Positions 12,301 to 26,292 of a stretch of DNA of 64,000 nucleotides are shown one piece after another (within the stretch, counting starts at the first letter, position 1; each line of letters begins with the position of its first letter). Both the position numbers and the translations under genes were made by a program. The stretch lies in contig OZ260666.1 in NCBI GenBank assembly GCA_965285935.1, positions 36,642,001 through 36,706,000 of the forward strand, given 5' to 3'. The notes under the pieces were generated by a model. That model had not been told where the DNA came from, ran no database searches, and was given only the letters and a program-made list of their open reading frames with translations. Origin of the DNA: Ophelia neglecta. Its lineage: Eukaryota.

Positions 12301-15300
12301 CGGTCAGCAGGGTCACCTTCACAGCAATGGTCAGTGTCTACCAACAGAGGATTCAAATAACTCAATAACTGCCAATCTGACCTTGTAGCAGGGAAGCTAA
12401 CTCAGACTGAGTAAGGTCAAGGCCCCCGAGTGTTTGCCTTCATGCATCAATGGCTCTGGTGAGATAATAGACAAAAGATTTTTTGTGATAGTGTTCTGAA
12501 TGATTGCCAATCGAGGTGTTTCCGCTAATAAACCAAATATAAATCACCAAGCCATCACCAGTGAACCCATGTAATACATGTAGCATGAAGGACATCATAG
12601 ATAACATGCCACAAAATGTGTCAAATGGTGTTCACACTGACTTATTTCTTTCCGCAGAACTGCCTTCACTGCACCTGTGTATAGTTGTAGGCATGCCAGG
12701 GCTGTGTGTCAGACACCAGCCCATAACTCTCAACTCCCAATAGGCTAGCAACATTCTTCATCATGAAGGGGCAATTTCCTTTTGTCAGATCAAGAAGTTG
12801 GTTTTATAGGTAAGTGGGTCTTGGGCATTCTCTGATCATGAAATCGGCACCTAATTAGATTACAAAAGGACGGGCAGCAGCTGCTCTGGTCAGCAAGCCA
12901 AGCTAACAGTCCTCATAGGACATCTAGGAAGTCTGGCTCAAAACCATTCATTTAATATACTCAAGTATGTGTACCTGGTATATGTTAGCAACAAAAGTGA
13001 CTGCTAATTATCGATGGAGGACTAAATGTGCTCACTAAGTGTGACCCCCTTTGCATCACTGACTAATACAATATTCTTATACTTTTCTCTATTTAGAAAT
13101 TTATCTTTAAACAACTTCTGTGTTAATTTCTAACAAGCTAGCCTGGTAAATTCAGACTAAGATCATATAAATGCTGTATAAGACACTGAAATAGTTAGTA
13201 AAAGCATTGCAATCCATGGTTAACACAACATAGAAAGAGAGTAATGGAAAACACACAAGATTGACCTAACACAAGTAAAAATTATCACCAAAACCAATGT
13301 TTCCTTCCAGTGGAATTCAATTAACTGAACAACCTTTTGTAAAAAGAATGAAAGGAAATACACCATGTAAAGAGGATAATGGATATCACAGTTCGATGGG
13401 CATATTGAGGAATTGTCATAATGAGTTAGTGTGGGAGGCTATTGATACTGATACTTGATACTGATACTCAGGTATTGGCCAGTGTGCATGCAGCCACAGC
13501 TGCAGAAAGAGCATTATAGTATTACTTTCATTAGGTTATTTGGTGTTTTGTTGTAGAGGTCTTATGCTGCTAATTGGTTTGATATTCCCTAGCTCCTCCT
13601 CACAGCTTCAATCTACTGTCTCCATACGATGTTATCAGCCGACAAAGACATAAGCTGGATTACAATACACACTCCAAATGATGAAAAGTCTAATTGGCTA
13701 GTGAAGAATACTTAATTTGTAATTACGGAACCACTTATCAGTTAATTTTATTTTTCTTGCACCTTCTTGACATACAATATCAAGTGCCATCCACTGTATA
13801 TTTTTCAGTTTAAGCACAACACTACTCGGGTTGTGTCTGGAAAATGAGTCCAGCACAGTATTGAGTTTAGCCTTCGATCTATATAAATTCACATATCAGA
13901 CATTGAGGGAGACTGCTGCCGAGAACTATAGCAGATCCAATATAAAAATTATACTGATCTCTTATGGTGCATTTCGCTGTTTCCTGTCATTCTTGATCGT
14001 CACAGGCATCAACATTCTAATAAAGTGCCTCTTTCCTTTTTGGCGTTTCAAGCATGGAAGGATTTCCCATATTGACTTGTAACTTTTTTCTTGGAAAACT
14101 TCTTACGTCTTTAAGTTTTTCACTTGATCAATGATTGCAACTGTATATCCTGAAAATGGTATTGCTGCACCTCGTTTTAAGCCACTAAAGACAACATGTT
14201 GAAGGCTTACACACAGACCAAACAGGTTTTCTGGTAGAAGTAGTGATTTTTTGCCGCCATCATGACATTACAAACAATTTAAGTCATTTTCACTGCGTGA
14301 CATCATAAAAATCACCCATGATTAGAGGAAATGAGAAGATAAAAAGCACCTTTTTTTCTGCAAGAATTCCGACCACTTTTGGAGATTTGGTCCGTATGTG
14401 GCTAGCACTGCCAAGAACCGTGGTGCCTTTAACTTATGTTAATAACCCTTCATGAAGCTAGGATCTGACTAAGAGACCATTAGCAGGCTTCTAATGTGAA
14501 GGACCAGAGTGTTACAATCAGACATATACATATTGGCAAGAGGCCTTTTACATCACCAGTGACAGCCATGTCTTGCATGATCATACATATTCTACTGGGG
14601 GTGGATCTTTGCCATACAGCAAGCATCCAAATACTCAGAAGCGCTCACCAGTCAAATATCTCTGTCCCACTCAGGTTATGTATGTCTCACAGGGCATCCA
14701 GCCATATAGAGCCTTTGCAGGCAATCAGCGAAGCCATTATATCTCATTGGAACCAGATTTGGCAGAAAAAACCCAACAGTTTAGTTAGGTTATCCATCCC
14801 TTGTGAAATGTGAAGCACAACATACTCTGATTCAATAGTTTCCAAGCCTGAAGACAAAAAAGCCAGTTAATGGATTTAGTGCACTGTGATCGATACACCC
14901 ACACTTGTTTTATCCGTGATCTTACACTGCGCATATGCTTTGATTTTACAAGATAAATACTTAAGTCAGAGCCGCTCCTTCTGTGTTCCTATCCAATTTG
15001 TAAGCAGCAGCATCAACCCAGTCTACTCTCTTCTTACAGATTGTTTCTGAGATTCACATCCAACCATTAGTTGTGTTTTTTTAGAAGCCTGTAGACTTAC
15101 TGCTCCTCCATTTTCAATATAAAAATGTTAATAAACATTAAGCAAATGCTCAGCAATGCAAGGTTCAGAGTAAAATAAAGTGGCTGAAAAAGCTTCATAA
15201 CAGTGGCTTATTTTAAAAACAGTGTGTTTAATTGACTCTCATTAATAAGCCCCTCAGCCAGTATATTGGTTAATGAATTTTATATTCCCATCAGGCACTG

Positions 15301-16949
15301 CTAAGTCAAAAAAAGTGTTCACAACTAAGCTTTAATCAAATTAACCTGGAAAAAGAGGTTCAGGTCAAAAACAAAGCCATGGGTGCATCCCTTCCTTATA
15401 TTTATATGACTTTATATTACACATAGATATTGTTGTCTGTAAGCTACAACCTTTAAAGAGGCTTCCTATTGGGTAGTCTTTACATATAAAGCTGACTGTA
15501 TCATGCAATCTTGCACGTTTAGTCCACCAGAAGACATTGCATGAGGTTTGGTGTTAGGTTAGATCATAAAGGTGGGTCCAAATACCAAAAATTCATTCCC
15601 TATCTACATGTCCAGATATTATAAATCATTGTTGGAAAGTGGAAATTGCAAAGACATATCTGTGACAAGATTTCAGAGTTTATTATACCAATCCAAAGTC
15701 GTAGGCCATATAGCTAAAGGGATGACAAGATCCCACCTTCCTACCCCCCCCCCATCCCGCCCCCACCCCCAATGTAATGACAACCCTCCCACCAACAAGG
15801 CTGAAAACAATACTATAGACTTCACTGATATAGTCCGATATAAATAAAAATATTGTTTATCTCCTATCTCCCGTCTGCACAGCTAGGGCCTATTGAGATA
15901 ATCTGATTTGTAAAATCAACACATTGGCAATTAATAAGACTTGGGGCAAACAAACTGGAAATAAATGTGGTGTCTGCTTTGTGGACATGGCCTTCACCTT
16001 ATCTGCTGGAGAGCAAGGCACTGGGTCTATTACGCTGTCATTTCCTCGGGATTATTTTCTATTGTGGGTGGCTACATCTCTATCTAGCAAGGGTTTATGT
16101 AGACATGCTCACTGTATGAGAGAATCATTTGAGCAGAACATCTGGTAATTGGATAGTTTGACCCCATAAGAGAAGCCTTTTCTCCCAGTCAATGACTTCC
16201 TCCGTATAGGCAACTAAAATGGTCTTGCGAATGGTAAAAAATTGTACTTTTAAACAATAGTGGTAGCAAATATGAATTATTTAGTTGAGAATTGTAATCA
16301 GTCAAAGGTAAAAAGGGAAAGCAAACGCCCAATGGATTTGCATTCAATACATATTTCCTTCCTATAAGGCACATTTTTGTATTAATTGATTTATAACTCT
16401 GTTAATGAGAAGCAAACCACCCTGATGAAAACACATTCCAGTCATTTTTGGGAAGTACATGTCTGTAAAGATTATGCTGAGTGAAATTTTCCAGATATTT
16501 GTCTGTGAATATTTCAACACATTGTTTTGCATGGTTTAAATTATGTACTAGTAGTCAGAAGTTAATATTGATTTCAAAAGTAGTCAGAAATAATAAATAA
16601 ATATATATTAAAAAAAATGAATCATTCCTAAACATTCAGATCTAGCTCTATACAAATGCATGAAAAATCCTATGGCGCCCCTGCAGGATATCGACAGTTG
16701 CTAGAAGACTCGCGGCTGCATCGGTCCTTTTGCGCGATTCCTAATATCAGATGGATCTATAACATGCCAATATACTGAATAGTTCCAGGATGAGTCTTAA
16801 TGAAAAAAATAAAGCAAATACAGAAAATTCAGAAAAAAATAGGTTGAATGAATTGTCAATATTTATCCTTGCCAATTTCTCCCCTTTATCAAAAAGTTCT
16901 ATTGTGCCAAGAACCAGTGATGTAGAACTTGAAGCAATAACTCATCGGT

Positions 16950-18380
16950 GATGGCTGCCAGGACACACCCACACTGTCATAATGGAAGACTTCAATCTAA
17001 ACAAGACTGCCTGGTTCCCTGGAGCCCTTAATAACTCTAACATGCAGCGATTCATCAGACACGTTCAAATTCATCAATAAAAGTCATATCCCTGCACCAT
17101 CAGGTAACATATAAGCACAGCTATGTAGAGAGGACCAGCGCCCCACCCTTGAAGATTTTGTGTTCACCTGGAAAGTTAATACATCTGGAGTATGGACCTT
17201 ACCTACACAGTTGTGACCACTTTAGTATCAGCTCAAAACTCACCTTGAAATAATCACATCAAAACCTAGAAGGAGAATGATGTATGGCTAGGACAAAGAG
17301 GACTGACTCATGGAACATTTCAGAAATGAAGGGGGGAGGGGCTCTTCCAAACTTTTTTAACATATAGGTGTGCAGCTGGAGGCAACTACAAATACTTTGT
17401 TAGGGAAATTCAACAAAAAATGCATCATTGGTTAGGGAAATCTGTCAAAAAAATAGTAACTTGGCAGGAAAGGACTTAGCAAAAAAAAAAAAACATTTTC
17501 ATAACTGCCTTGCTTATAATAATATTTACCTAAGAGAACACATGGTGCTTCTTCAGGCATTATTATACTGAAAAATGACTATCTGAGGCAACTTTTAGAG
17601 TGACTTGTTAGATAAAAACTAACCCATGGTTAAGGACAATTGGTTAAAAAACTGGCCCTTGGTTAGGGACATTGGCCTAGAAAATTGACCCTTCCCACTC
17701 TCGTAGTGTGACCAACATTTCAAGTGCCCCCCCCCCTCCCTGGGGGCTTATTCGTGGGCCCAGAGGGGGTTCCCTCAGGGCTTAGTGTTGGGCCCAAGGG
17801 GGGTTTCCCAACTCAATCTTGAGGTGGTTGACTGTTCACTGCTGACTTCAAATTCTAGGCATTAATCACAGACACAACCATCTCCACTGAATCTATATGT
17901 ACAGCCAGACCTTTCAGGACTTCGGGTGTGGGTGGTCAGGATGCACAGATGAGATTCCATTCTGATATGTGCCAAGTAAAGCAGCTGGACAGGACAAACA
18001 CTGAGGCCAGCTAATCCACGTTGAGAACTAACACACACACTGTTACTCACACACTAAAGACTGCCAGCACAAAGAAAAACCTTAGGGTGACAACATACAA
18101 TGATCTCAATGTTCACACCTCATATACAGATCACCAAGAAGGAAACCGAGTACTGGGCTCTTTGGCACATACATTCAAATATCTTAACAAGGAAACATTT
18201 GCTTTTCTGTACAAAGCTGCAGTATGAGCACACCTGGAATACACATCCAGTGAATGGACATCTTGCCTGAAGAGGCATGAGGACTTTGTTAGAACAGAGA
18301 AGAGTGACCAGACTGGTACATGACATAAAGGGGCTCTGGTACTCTGGGAGGCTCAAAAAGCTTAAACTCCTTATCAAGTC
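16950..18380 (+). mobile_element. Decayed, internally deleted CR1-like LINE (endonuclease, RT and C-terminal remnants)
   Basis: VIMEDFNL (GDFN motif, ~16982), CDH (SDH motif, 17212), GVP/QGLVLGP (RT GVPQGSVLGP, ~17767), MRFHSDMCQVKQL (17949), NRVLGSLAHTFKYLNKETFAFLYKAAV*AHLEY and QRRVTRLV..IKGLWYSGRLKKLKL; contains stops and frameshifts. Confidence 0.85.
17331..17744. mobile_element. Poly-G/poly-C-ended MITE-like element inserted in the CR1-like LINE
   Basis: GGGGGGAGGGGCTCTT at the left and AAGTGCCCCCCCCCCTCCCTGGG at the right; internal repeats of (T)GGTTAGGGA; lies between the EN and RT remnants. Confidence 0.55.
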
Positions 18381-20256
18381 ATCAGTTTATGACAGAGAGG
18401 GCCGGCTGACTTAACATAAATGACTTGCATTGATTGCCATGTTATGACCTGTCCTTGGAAACAAGCCTCTGAATTAATACAAAATACTGGTTGTCTAGCA
18501 AACAATTACAGTGTGATGATATTGTATGGGATATGGCGCCATGTTTGAAGGAGAAAACCATTCACAGCCTCAAAACTCAGCTTTATAATTCTATTACCAG
18601 TATAAATTCATTTAATGATGATCAAGGCCAACTATATTTCCCATCAAATACCAATAATCTAAGGCCAATACAATCAATATATTGCACAGTTGCACCCTAA
18701 TCACAAGTAAGAGCATTTTATTCTTAGTTCAGTCTTTTTAATTGAAAACACAACCTGACCTCCGGTTAGCAGGTTTTCAGCTCCCAGCAAGCCTGTCAAA
18801 CGCACATTGTTGGATTCATTTAGGATTTTTTTTTTTTTATCTAACACCAACATTTAAAATAGTTGGATAGGGCAATCACTACACAATAGTACTACTCCAA
18901 TACTTATTTTTGGTTTAAAAATATTTCAGAACAATAATGGCTTCCAAGGCAATCATTGGAATTGTTATTTGACATGGTTGAATGCCTGCCTTTGTTAGGT
19001 CGGCTTGCTTCTGTCTTATAAAACACTGAAAAAAAACAATCAACAATTGGAAACTCACATTTGTTCAAAGAATTAAACAGTACAAAATGATGCACAATGT
19101 ACAGCATAAAATTGTTTATATTTTATGGAACATATACGATGGTTTGAAGTCCCAGAAAGTCTGGGAGAGTATGTGTGGACCTCGTCACACATAGACAAAT
19201 AGAATATGTAGGCGTGGCTTGGATAAATCTGAAAGGAACTGTGATCAGTTTTACAATATGCCTCCTGAAAAATTGACAATCTCATTTACAGCATTCTATG
19301 TTGCAGTTTTGGAATGCAATGTTCTGGAAACTTTGCATGAGTACATCTACAAGGGGTACAATAGAGGCGAGGAATCCTATGGGGTGAATGACCCACACTC
19401 CATCTTCCTGCAGCCACACACATGCAGCCAACCCAAAGAAATATCTACTGACTTCAGTGATTAAATTATTTGTCTGCTTTTATAAAAACAGAAACTTAAA
19501 TGGCAGTTTAATTTAACAGTCAGATTTCCGTCTTGGGCTGAAAACTGCTGGCCCCTGCAATACATGTCTCAGAAGCATGCTTACTCCTGCCCGGTTCACA
19601 TGGGGACAGATATTTATCAAACACTCAGTTGATCATCATGATGTTAGTAGCAGTTGTGCTTCGTATTTAATACTAAAGTATATATCATAGTTTATATACC
19701 TGTGTACACAGGCACTCAGAGCTGCCATTATTATTAGTATTACATGTATATTCATAACATCCAACTTATACAAATATTTGTACATTAGTGGTACAGTATA
19801 CTGCAGCAATAAACACTTATCTAATGTTCAGGGCACCTGTGGCTATATAATCACTGAGAAGTATGCAAACCTTTCAATCATAACTTGATTATTACCTTGG
19901 TGTAATTTTTCTGCTTAGTTACTTTAAGAGAATAATGGACAAAGAAACTACTTATAATTTGTATGGACACGCATACAAATGCATAGCGCCAGCAAGGAGT
20001 CAGGCTGCCATATATAGGCATTCTGTGGAGAAATTTCGTGGGAAGAAACTTTAAAAACATTTAAATATCATTTCCATATCTATATGGATGGGGGTTAAGT
20101 TAAACAGATAGTGGCAATTTGGTTTACAGAGTAGTGAATAAGGATTATTGTTTTAACTGTACAGCATACCTTCTCTTTTAAGTTGTTAAACCCATGATAT
20201 GCTTTTTGTCACTGTTACTTGCTTGAGGTCATAGTGAGGCTACCATAATACATGTA

Positions 20257-20433
20257 CAGTGAAACCTGTGAATTAAGACCACCAAAGGGACTGGAAACAC
20301 TGGTCTGATTTGAGAGGTGGTCTGTTTAGAAAGGTTCTTTAACATTTAAAGTATAATGCATGATCTAAATGTCAGTGGTCTGAATTGACAGGTGGTCTGA
20401 TTATGGAGGTGGTCTTTAAGGCAGGTTTCCCTG
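20257..20433. mobile_element. Tc1/mariner-pogo (Tigger-like) MITE, 177 bp
   Basis: TA|CAGTGAAACCTGTGAATTAAGACCACC ... GGTGGTCTTTAAGGCAGGTTTCCCTG|TA: imperfect ~26-bp TIRs, TA target duplication and internal AGGTGGTCT repeats. Confidence 0.85.
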
Positions 20434-23400
20434 TATATTGCTCAGTTGGTACTATTAGGCTAGGTTAATAACCAAATGAATTACTAATAGGGTAATTAAT
20501 TTGTGTTTGACATAAAAGATGCACCTGATGACCCTTCATCCTAACACTCCCAATCCTGTCCATAATGCATTGAGAATTTGGAGTTTACCAGAGCTCCGAT
20601 AATATATCATGGCTGGCCTGATGTCTGGCACTTAAAAGACAAAGCAAAACTTACACGCAACACCAGGACCAATGAAAGCATGAGGGGACCATTCTGTCTA
20701 TACCATAGGCCCCCAGGGACCATGCATCAATGAGACACCATATAGCTTCATTAAGAGCTGTAGCTGTAGCTATATAGCTGTAGGAATACATTAATATTCC
20801 TATCATGTGTACATCGTGTACAAATAACTATGTCTTAATACTATAATCAATCAATATGTCTTTATGGTTATTGCTGTCATTGTGATCTCTTTAATCACAC
20901 TGAACAACCAATACCAGAAACTGCTCACTGCCATATACACTGTACATCTACATGCAGGGCAGAACATAAACCCATTATTGCTATTTGACAAAAGTTTCAA
21001 CAGGAATGACAAATAATCTACTCACAATTAAATAATTGATAAGATAGATTTACATGCGTATGTTCAGTATATTACAATAATGCCACTGGGAAACACTACA
21101 CATTCTTTTATTGTGACTTCTGTCCAGGGATCTGCTGTCTTCTGCTAGCCTGACTCTGGTCGTTAATCATGACGTCTGCTCCGGCAGTCGGGATGTTTAC
21201 AGTTTGCTCTTTGATGCAGGGTGTCTCCATTTTACACCTGATTCTTGGTGGACACGTGTAGATCAAGAGGGGCCAGAGTCGTATAAAGGGTCACAAGAGA
21301 CAAGCGGAGAACCGGTGTCTGTGTCAATGCCAACAGGTCGTTCATCATCCAAACTCTTGTCTGGTTTTGACACCAAATTCACTCGGCCCACTAGCAGCAA
21401 CAAAAAACATGACCATGGTCAATAGAAACCAGATCATTAACGTCAGGACTTCAGGGCAAAACAATATCAGAATTCCTCTCTGGGTATTAAGAAACAACAC
21501 CATTAATTTCCTAACAAAATACCATTTACCTTTGGTATTCTGCCATAAAGTCAACTTTCTGTCCATTATGATATTATATTGTTGATATCTGGCCAATATC
21601 ATACTGAAATAAAGTTGTTTGATTCGGATGCTTGGCACATTTATCTGTCAGCCAAGTCAACCCTGGGGAAGGTGCATTCCAACAAGTAATATACATGGTA
21701 TGCATGGAAAGTTCTATCAAAACAATTCAAAGAATTCCTTTAGTTGAACAAATTTATGCAAACTGCCCAACAAAAAGCTTATACAAGCACGGTATGGGGG
21801 ATTTTTACACTATTTTGGCAAATGCTAACATTCGAGATGAGTGTCAGAGATGTGATGGGAGGGCTGAGGATTGAGCTAGCTGCTCAGGGACGCTGGAAAA
21901 CAGGGTCGGTATGGAGCACTTGGGGAAAAATGGATGGAAGTTAATCTGATAGAAAGGTCATGGTGCAAATTTAAGTTTACACAGCTTAACAGACGTGACA
22001 TATCTTGTTTGAAGCATCATGAAATCAATATTTTGCGATTAAACAAGTCAGCCATAAAAATTAAGATAGACTGCCTATTAACCATAACAGGTGCAGGTTG
22101 TTTTTTCATGATACTGATAAGTTCCAGGTGATTTTGCAAGTTGTCAGGCTGATCTGAATGTATTTCTCGATTATGTTCCTGTTCCTTATATGGTCTCAGG
22201 TAATCGATTCTCAAACGTGCCAAGAGCAGTTATGAAAAAGTCAAATTCACGGTAATTATTGATACATCAGTGCAGAAATACAAAACACATGCTGCTTTTG
22301 GAGTTTAGCCATTTCCATTTCAATACCAGCTAGTCCATCAACGTTTTAGACCCCTTTACAAAATTCTCTTTTTTCAGACATTGTCATTTATTATTGTATA
22401 GAAAGCTCAGTTCTAATCAGCCCACCATGTGATACTTAGTGCCTACATCCCACTTGACAATCTGTAAAATGTGTCACACAATGAATAAACTAAACCTTGC
22501 CATCAATTTCTACAATTGAAACTTATGAAAGGCTCTAACATCTGACTATTAAGATTATCTATTGTCTGTCAAAAGATAACAACTTGTACTCTTGATGGAG
22601 CAAACCGCAGTAAAAAAACTCAATTATTGGCAGCCATTCCTGGCAAGTGATGTGCTGCCTGCCGACCTATAATTGGTTGGCATGCAATCATAACTGTGGA
22701 AGTGTGGATAATAGAAAAGCTAGGGACTAGAGGTTTCCCCCAACCACCGTCACTCACTCAATTTCACATAACTCCATGGTCAAAGTTGACACAGCACACC
22801 CATCAACTCTATGGCTCTGTGCCATTCACCACTTAATCACTTTTATACCCCACCACAATATGATTCTGCAGACCGCACATCTACCGAACTATCGCTGTTG
22901 GCCTTAAACTGATTCTGTCATAATGGTATTGTTTTCTGCTCAAGGAAGCATTTAAGATGCATGTTATTGTTCTAACTTCCAATAAAAACAGTCAGCTGAG
23001 CCATATAGCTGGCAGATGATTCTCATTCAGATAGAAATGCTCAAAGGGCACAATGTAATGCTGCAAGTAGCAATGTGGAACTCCTTGATAGTGGCCTTAC
23101 CTCGAGTAAACGATCATAATCACAGAACATTCACATATTTATGATCTACATAGTCCAAACTCTAACAGGTCATGGCTAATAACTATTCAGACTGGTCACT
23201 GTAAATACCACAAAGTAACAGTTGGATGCATGAAGATTGTACTGTTAATAGGGATCACTCTCATGATTATTATTTCATGGGACATTCGCTTGGTTTGACA
23301 GTTCTATTATCACAGAAGAAATTTTCTTCAAGCTTTACTTATAAGCCTTATGTAAAGGGCTGGATAGCTGATGCTCCAGACTGAGTCACAAAGATTTTCA

Positions 23401-24184
23401 GTTACCAAGTAGATTGCTCATCAAGTACTACCATTACAAATCTGTGATTCTTAAAATAGTACCTCCCTATATTAAATTTTCGAGGTAAGTAAACTTGAAT
23501 AATAGCGCAAATTACTTGAAAGATCACTTATTTAGAACATTTAAATTACCTACAACTTCTTATTAAGTTTTATGAAATTAACAAGATTAGACTGTTTGCC
23601 ATATGGATTGCAAGAATCCTTGTCAAACCCAATCAAGGCCACCATTTTAGTAAATACTTAACTGGTGACCTGGAATTGCAAATAAGGCAAAAACTTTTAA
23701 AAGACAAGATACATATTCTGCATTTGGCTTTAAGACAATTAGATATATGGCAAATGTCATAAAACACTGAGGCAAATCTCTTTCTTTGGTGCTTTGAAGT
23801 AGAACAATGAAAGGCTTACCATTGAATGATCCTTCAAAAGTAAGCAGACAGGAAGAGAGTAACTGTTTTGAATAGCCTTTTGATGGCTTTCTAGAATCAG
23901 GCTGCTAAATTTTGGATCTTTTTTTGCTATGTCTTACTTGCATCAGTATTAGTGGAAGTTTGCTTCTTCTCAAAGGCCCACATTTCAACTCTTTAATAGT
24001 TGGAACATTTTACAAGTCTAGCTACATGTATATGTCAGTGCAGTCTGGGGAAACTACAGATGCCAAGGAGCTGATAGTTTGGTCGAAATAGTTTGCCGCC
24101 AATATTTGAAGGAACGGGATTATAACAATTCAGAATTGCTAAAGGCAGAACTTTTGAAATTAACAGCCTAGGTGATTGTGCTAG

Positions 24185-24492
24185 ATGCGCTGGTGTTCAA
24201 GGCATATGATCACCTGCCTCTTAGTGGACATTGAATTCCATACATGTGATGATGGCCGTAGATTTGCCGAGTTTTCGAAGACGATCACCATCACAAACCT
24301 TATGGAGCTTCCTGCGGTCAAGGAGATGTCATGTGTTATGTGTGCTCTACGGGTCAATGGTACTTCTTCGTCCTAGGTCTGTCTAGTGGTAAAGGCCAGA
24401 ACCGAAAACCTCGCATCCTTGGGAACTTGTACAGCTGATTTTGCTTTGACGTAGAAACTCCACAGACTTCCGCACAACAAGAGATTAGGCAT
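24185..24492 (-). pseudogene. Possible decayed THAP-like zinc-finger fragment (DNA transposon relic)
   Basis: With frameshifts it reads MPN/SCCAEVC...KFPRMRGFRFWPLPLD.../...VIICLEH, resembling the THAP C-x4-C ... CxxH pattern; locally CpG-richer. Confidence 0.3.
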
Positions 24493-26121
24493 GACTGCTT
24501 ATTCATATATCTTACTTCAGTAGAATTTTAAGACCCAAAAATTATAGTACACCTTGATCGTTGTGAACAGCTGATTTTCTGAACCTACTTTCTCCCAGAA
24601 ATCACTAATCTGGTGAAGTTATGACACAACTCGGTGGCAGTGCCTAGCGGTGGTTCATGTCAAATAAGCTTTGTTGCCTAGTAGTTAAATTATCTCTGGG
24701 GTCCCCTATTAGCCCAAGGAAAGTTGGGAGATAAATGTTATACCAGTAGACATCACTAGAACAGGGCCAATTTGCTGTATTTATGAGACCAGTCAAAAAC
24801 CCATACAACAGCCAATGATCAATGAACAATGTTCATAAAATGATAGGGAATTAATTCTTTCTGCAATAGGTTAATAGGAATTGCCACTGCCCTTGTCTTG
24901 CCTAAAGTCCCATTTGATATCCATAGGTATATCATTTTCATTTTAGGTTCTAAATATTATGGGGGGATAACTGATATCTTTTTAAAACCCTTTCCCAGTA
25001 CTGCTGTGGAATGCCTCAAATTTATTATTAAATGCCATTCTTGAGTCAACGAACAATAAATGCATGTACATGTACTGCCCCATGGCAACAGAGAACAGGT
25101 CCACTATATTTTAGAGGGGTCACATTCAACTGGATTACCATTATAGCTTGTGCTTTTCTTTCATTGCCCTATTTAAATGGAAAAGAGAATATTATTGGTA
25201 CTTGGTAGTAAAATCAAATGTTGACTATGTGGATATCGTGAGAATGGGAAATCAATTTTCTTCTGTACCGTTAACAGTCAAATACTCCATTACAGCAAGT
25301 CAGACATGAGTGGATACTGTTAAGAAAAATAGCATGAAATTTATGACGTATCGGCCCACAGGCCACTGATATAGCAAAATGCACGTGTCAGTTTAATATT
25401 AGGAACGGACAGCAATGGGCCAGTACATCCTGTCATGTGAAGGTTTTAGACACCACAGGGGATTTCTCCTGTCATTCTGACAATATGACCACTGCTCGGA
25501 GTCACTGCAAAGTCCTAATCTCCTCGGATATCTGAGCTAGTCTGTGACAGTGACCTTTCTTTACTAATATCAGACCTTAATATTGGATTGAACTGTTGCC
25601 AGAACGGTGGATATTAGCTGTGTCAGACATTGTACCAATGAGGAAAATTGTGAGTTCTATTACCATATTTTCTGATGAACAACAGTATCAATGCATCTAC
25701 GAAGGAGTTGACAGTCTGTACAAAGTACCTTAAGTATGGCACAATAATGATAATAATGGGAAACTGCATAAAATTGGTGAGCCATGTTCACTAGCCAGCC
25801 GTCAGAGTTCTATTACCAAACAAATAAGACTGAGGTGTTTGCTTAGAAAACTGTTGTTACTTCAGAGTTCTGACTATTCTTAATTCTAAAAATCTAAGCC
25901 ATGATAATCACATAATGGCTTGGTCACAAGTGGTATCATAGAAGTCTGAAGTGCAGAATATCAGCAGAAACCAGAAATTGAAGAGCTCTGCAAATATCGC
26001 ACACAACATGTGTAGACTTTACTGCATAATATAGAAAGTCTCTGACAAATATTGGTTGTTGGTTTTCTGTGTTTCTTCCACATCCCATCCATCACTGAGA
26101 TGACTAAATGTTTTTAATATG

Positions 26122-26292
26122 TAGGGGCTTATTCAAGGGGAGGGTCAGGGAGCAAAGGCCCCTTTTTTAAATGTCCCAATACATGCCTTTATTCAAAAGT
26201 GTGGTCACACCCAAGAGCGAGGTGAGGGATGGCATTCCTCCCTACACCCTGTGTAAACACCCCCAGATATGAAAGGTTCTGGATCAGCTCCT
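26122..26292. mobile_element. Degenerate MITE-like element
   Basis: AGGGGCTTATTCAAGG at the left and TCTGGATCAGCTCCT at the right form a decayed inverted repeat. Confidence 0.3.

Noticed and set aside
6400-14500. Many 60-115-aa ORFs and coding-looking stretches
   Set aside because: No family motif I could recognise, frequent stops and no consistent splice sites; possibly very old transposon debris, but I cannot support a call.
17765-17810. NF-kB-like sites GGGGGTTCCC and GGGGTTTCCC
   Set aside because: They coincide with the LINE RT GVP codons and their local duplication.
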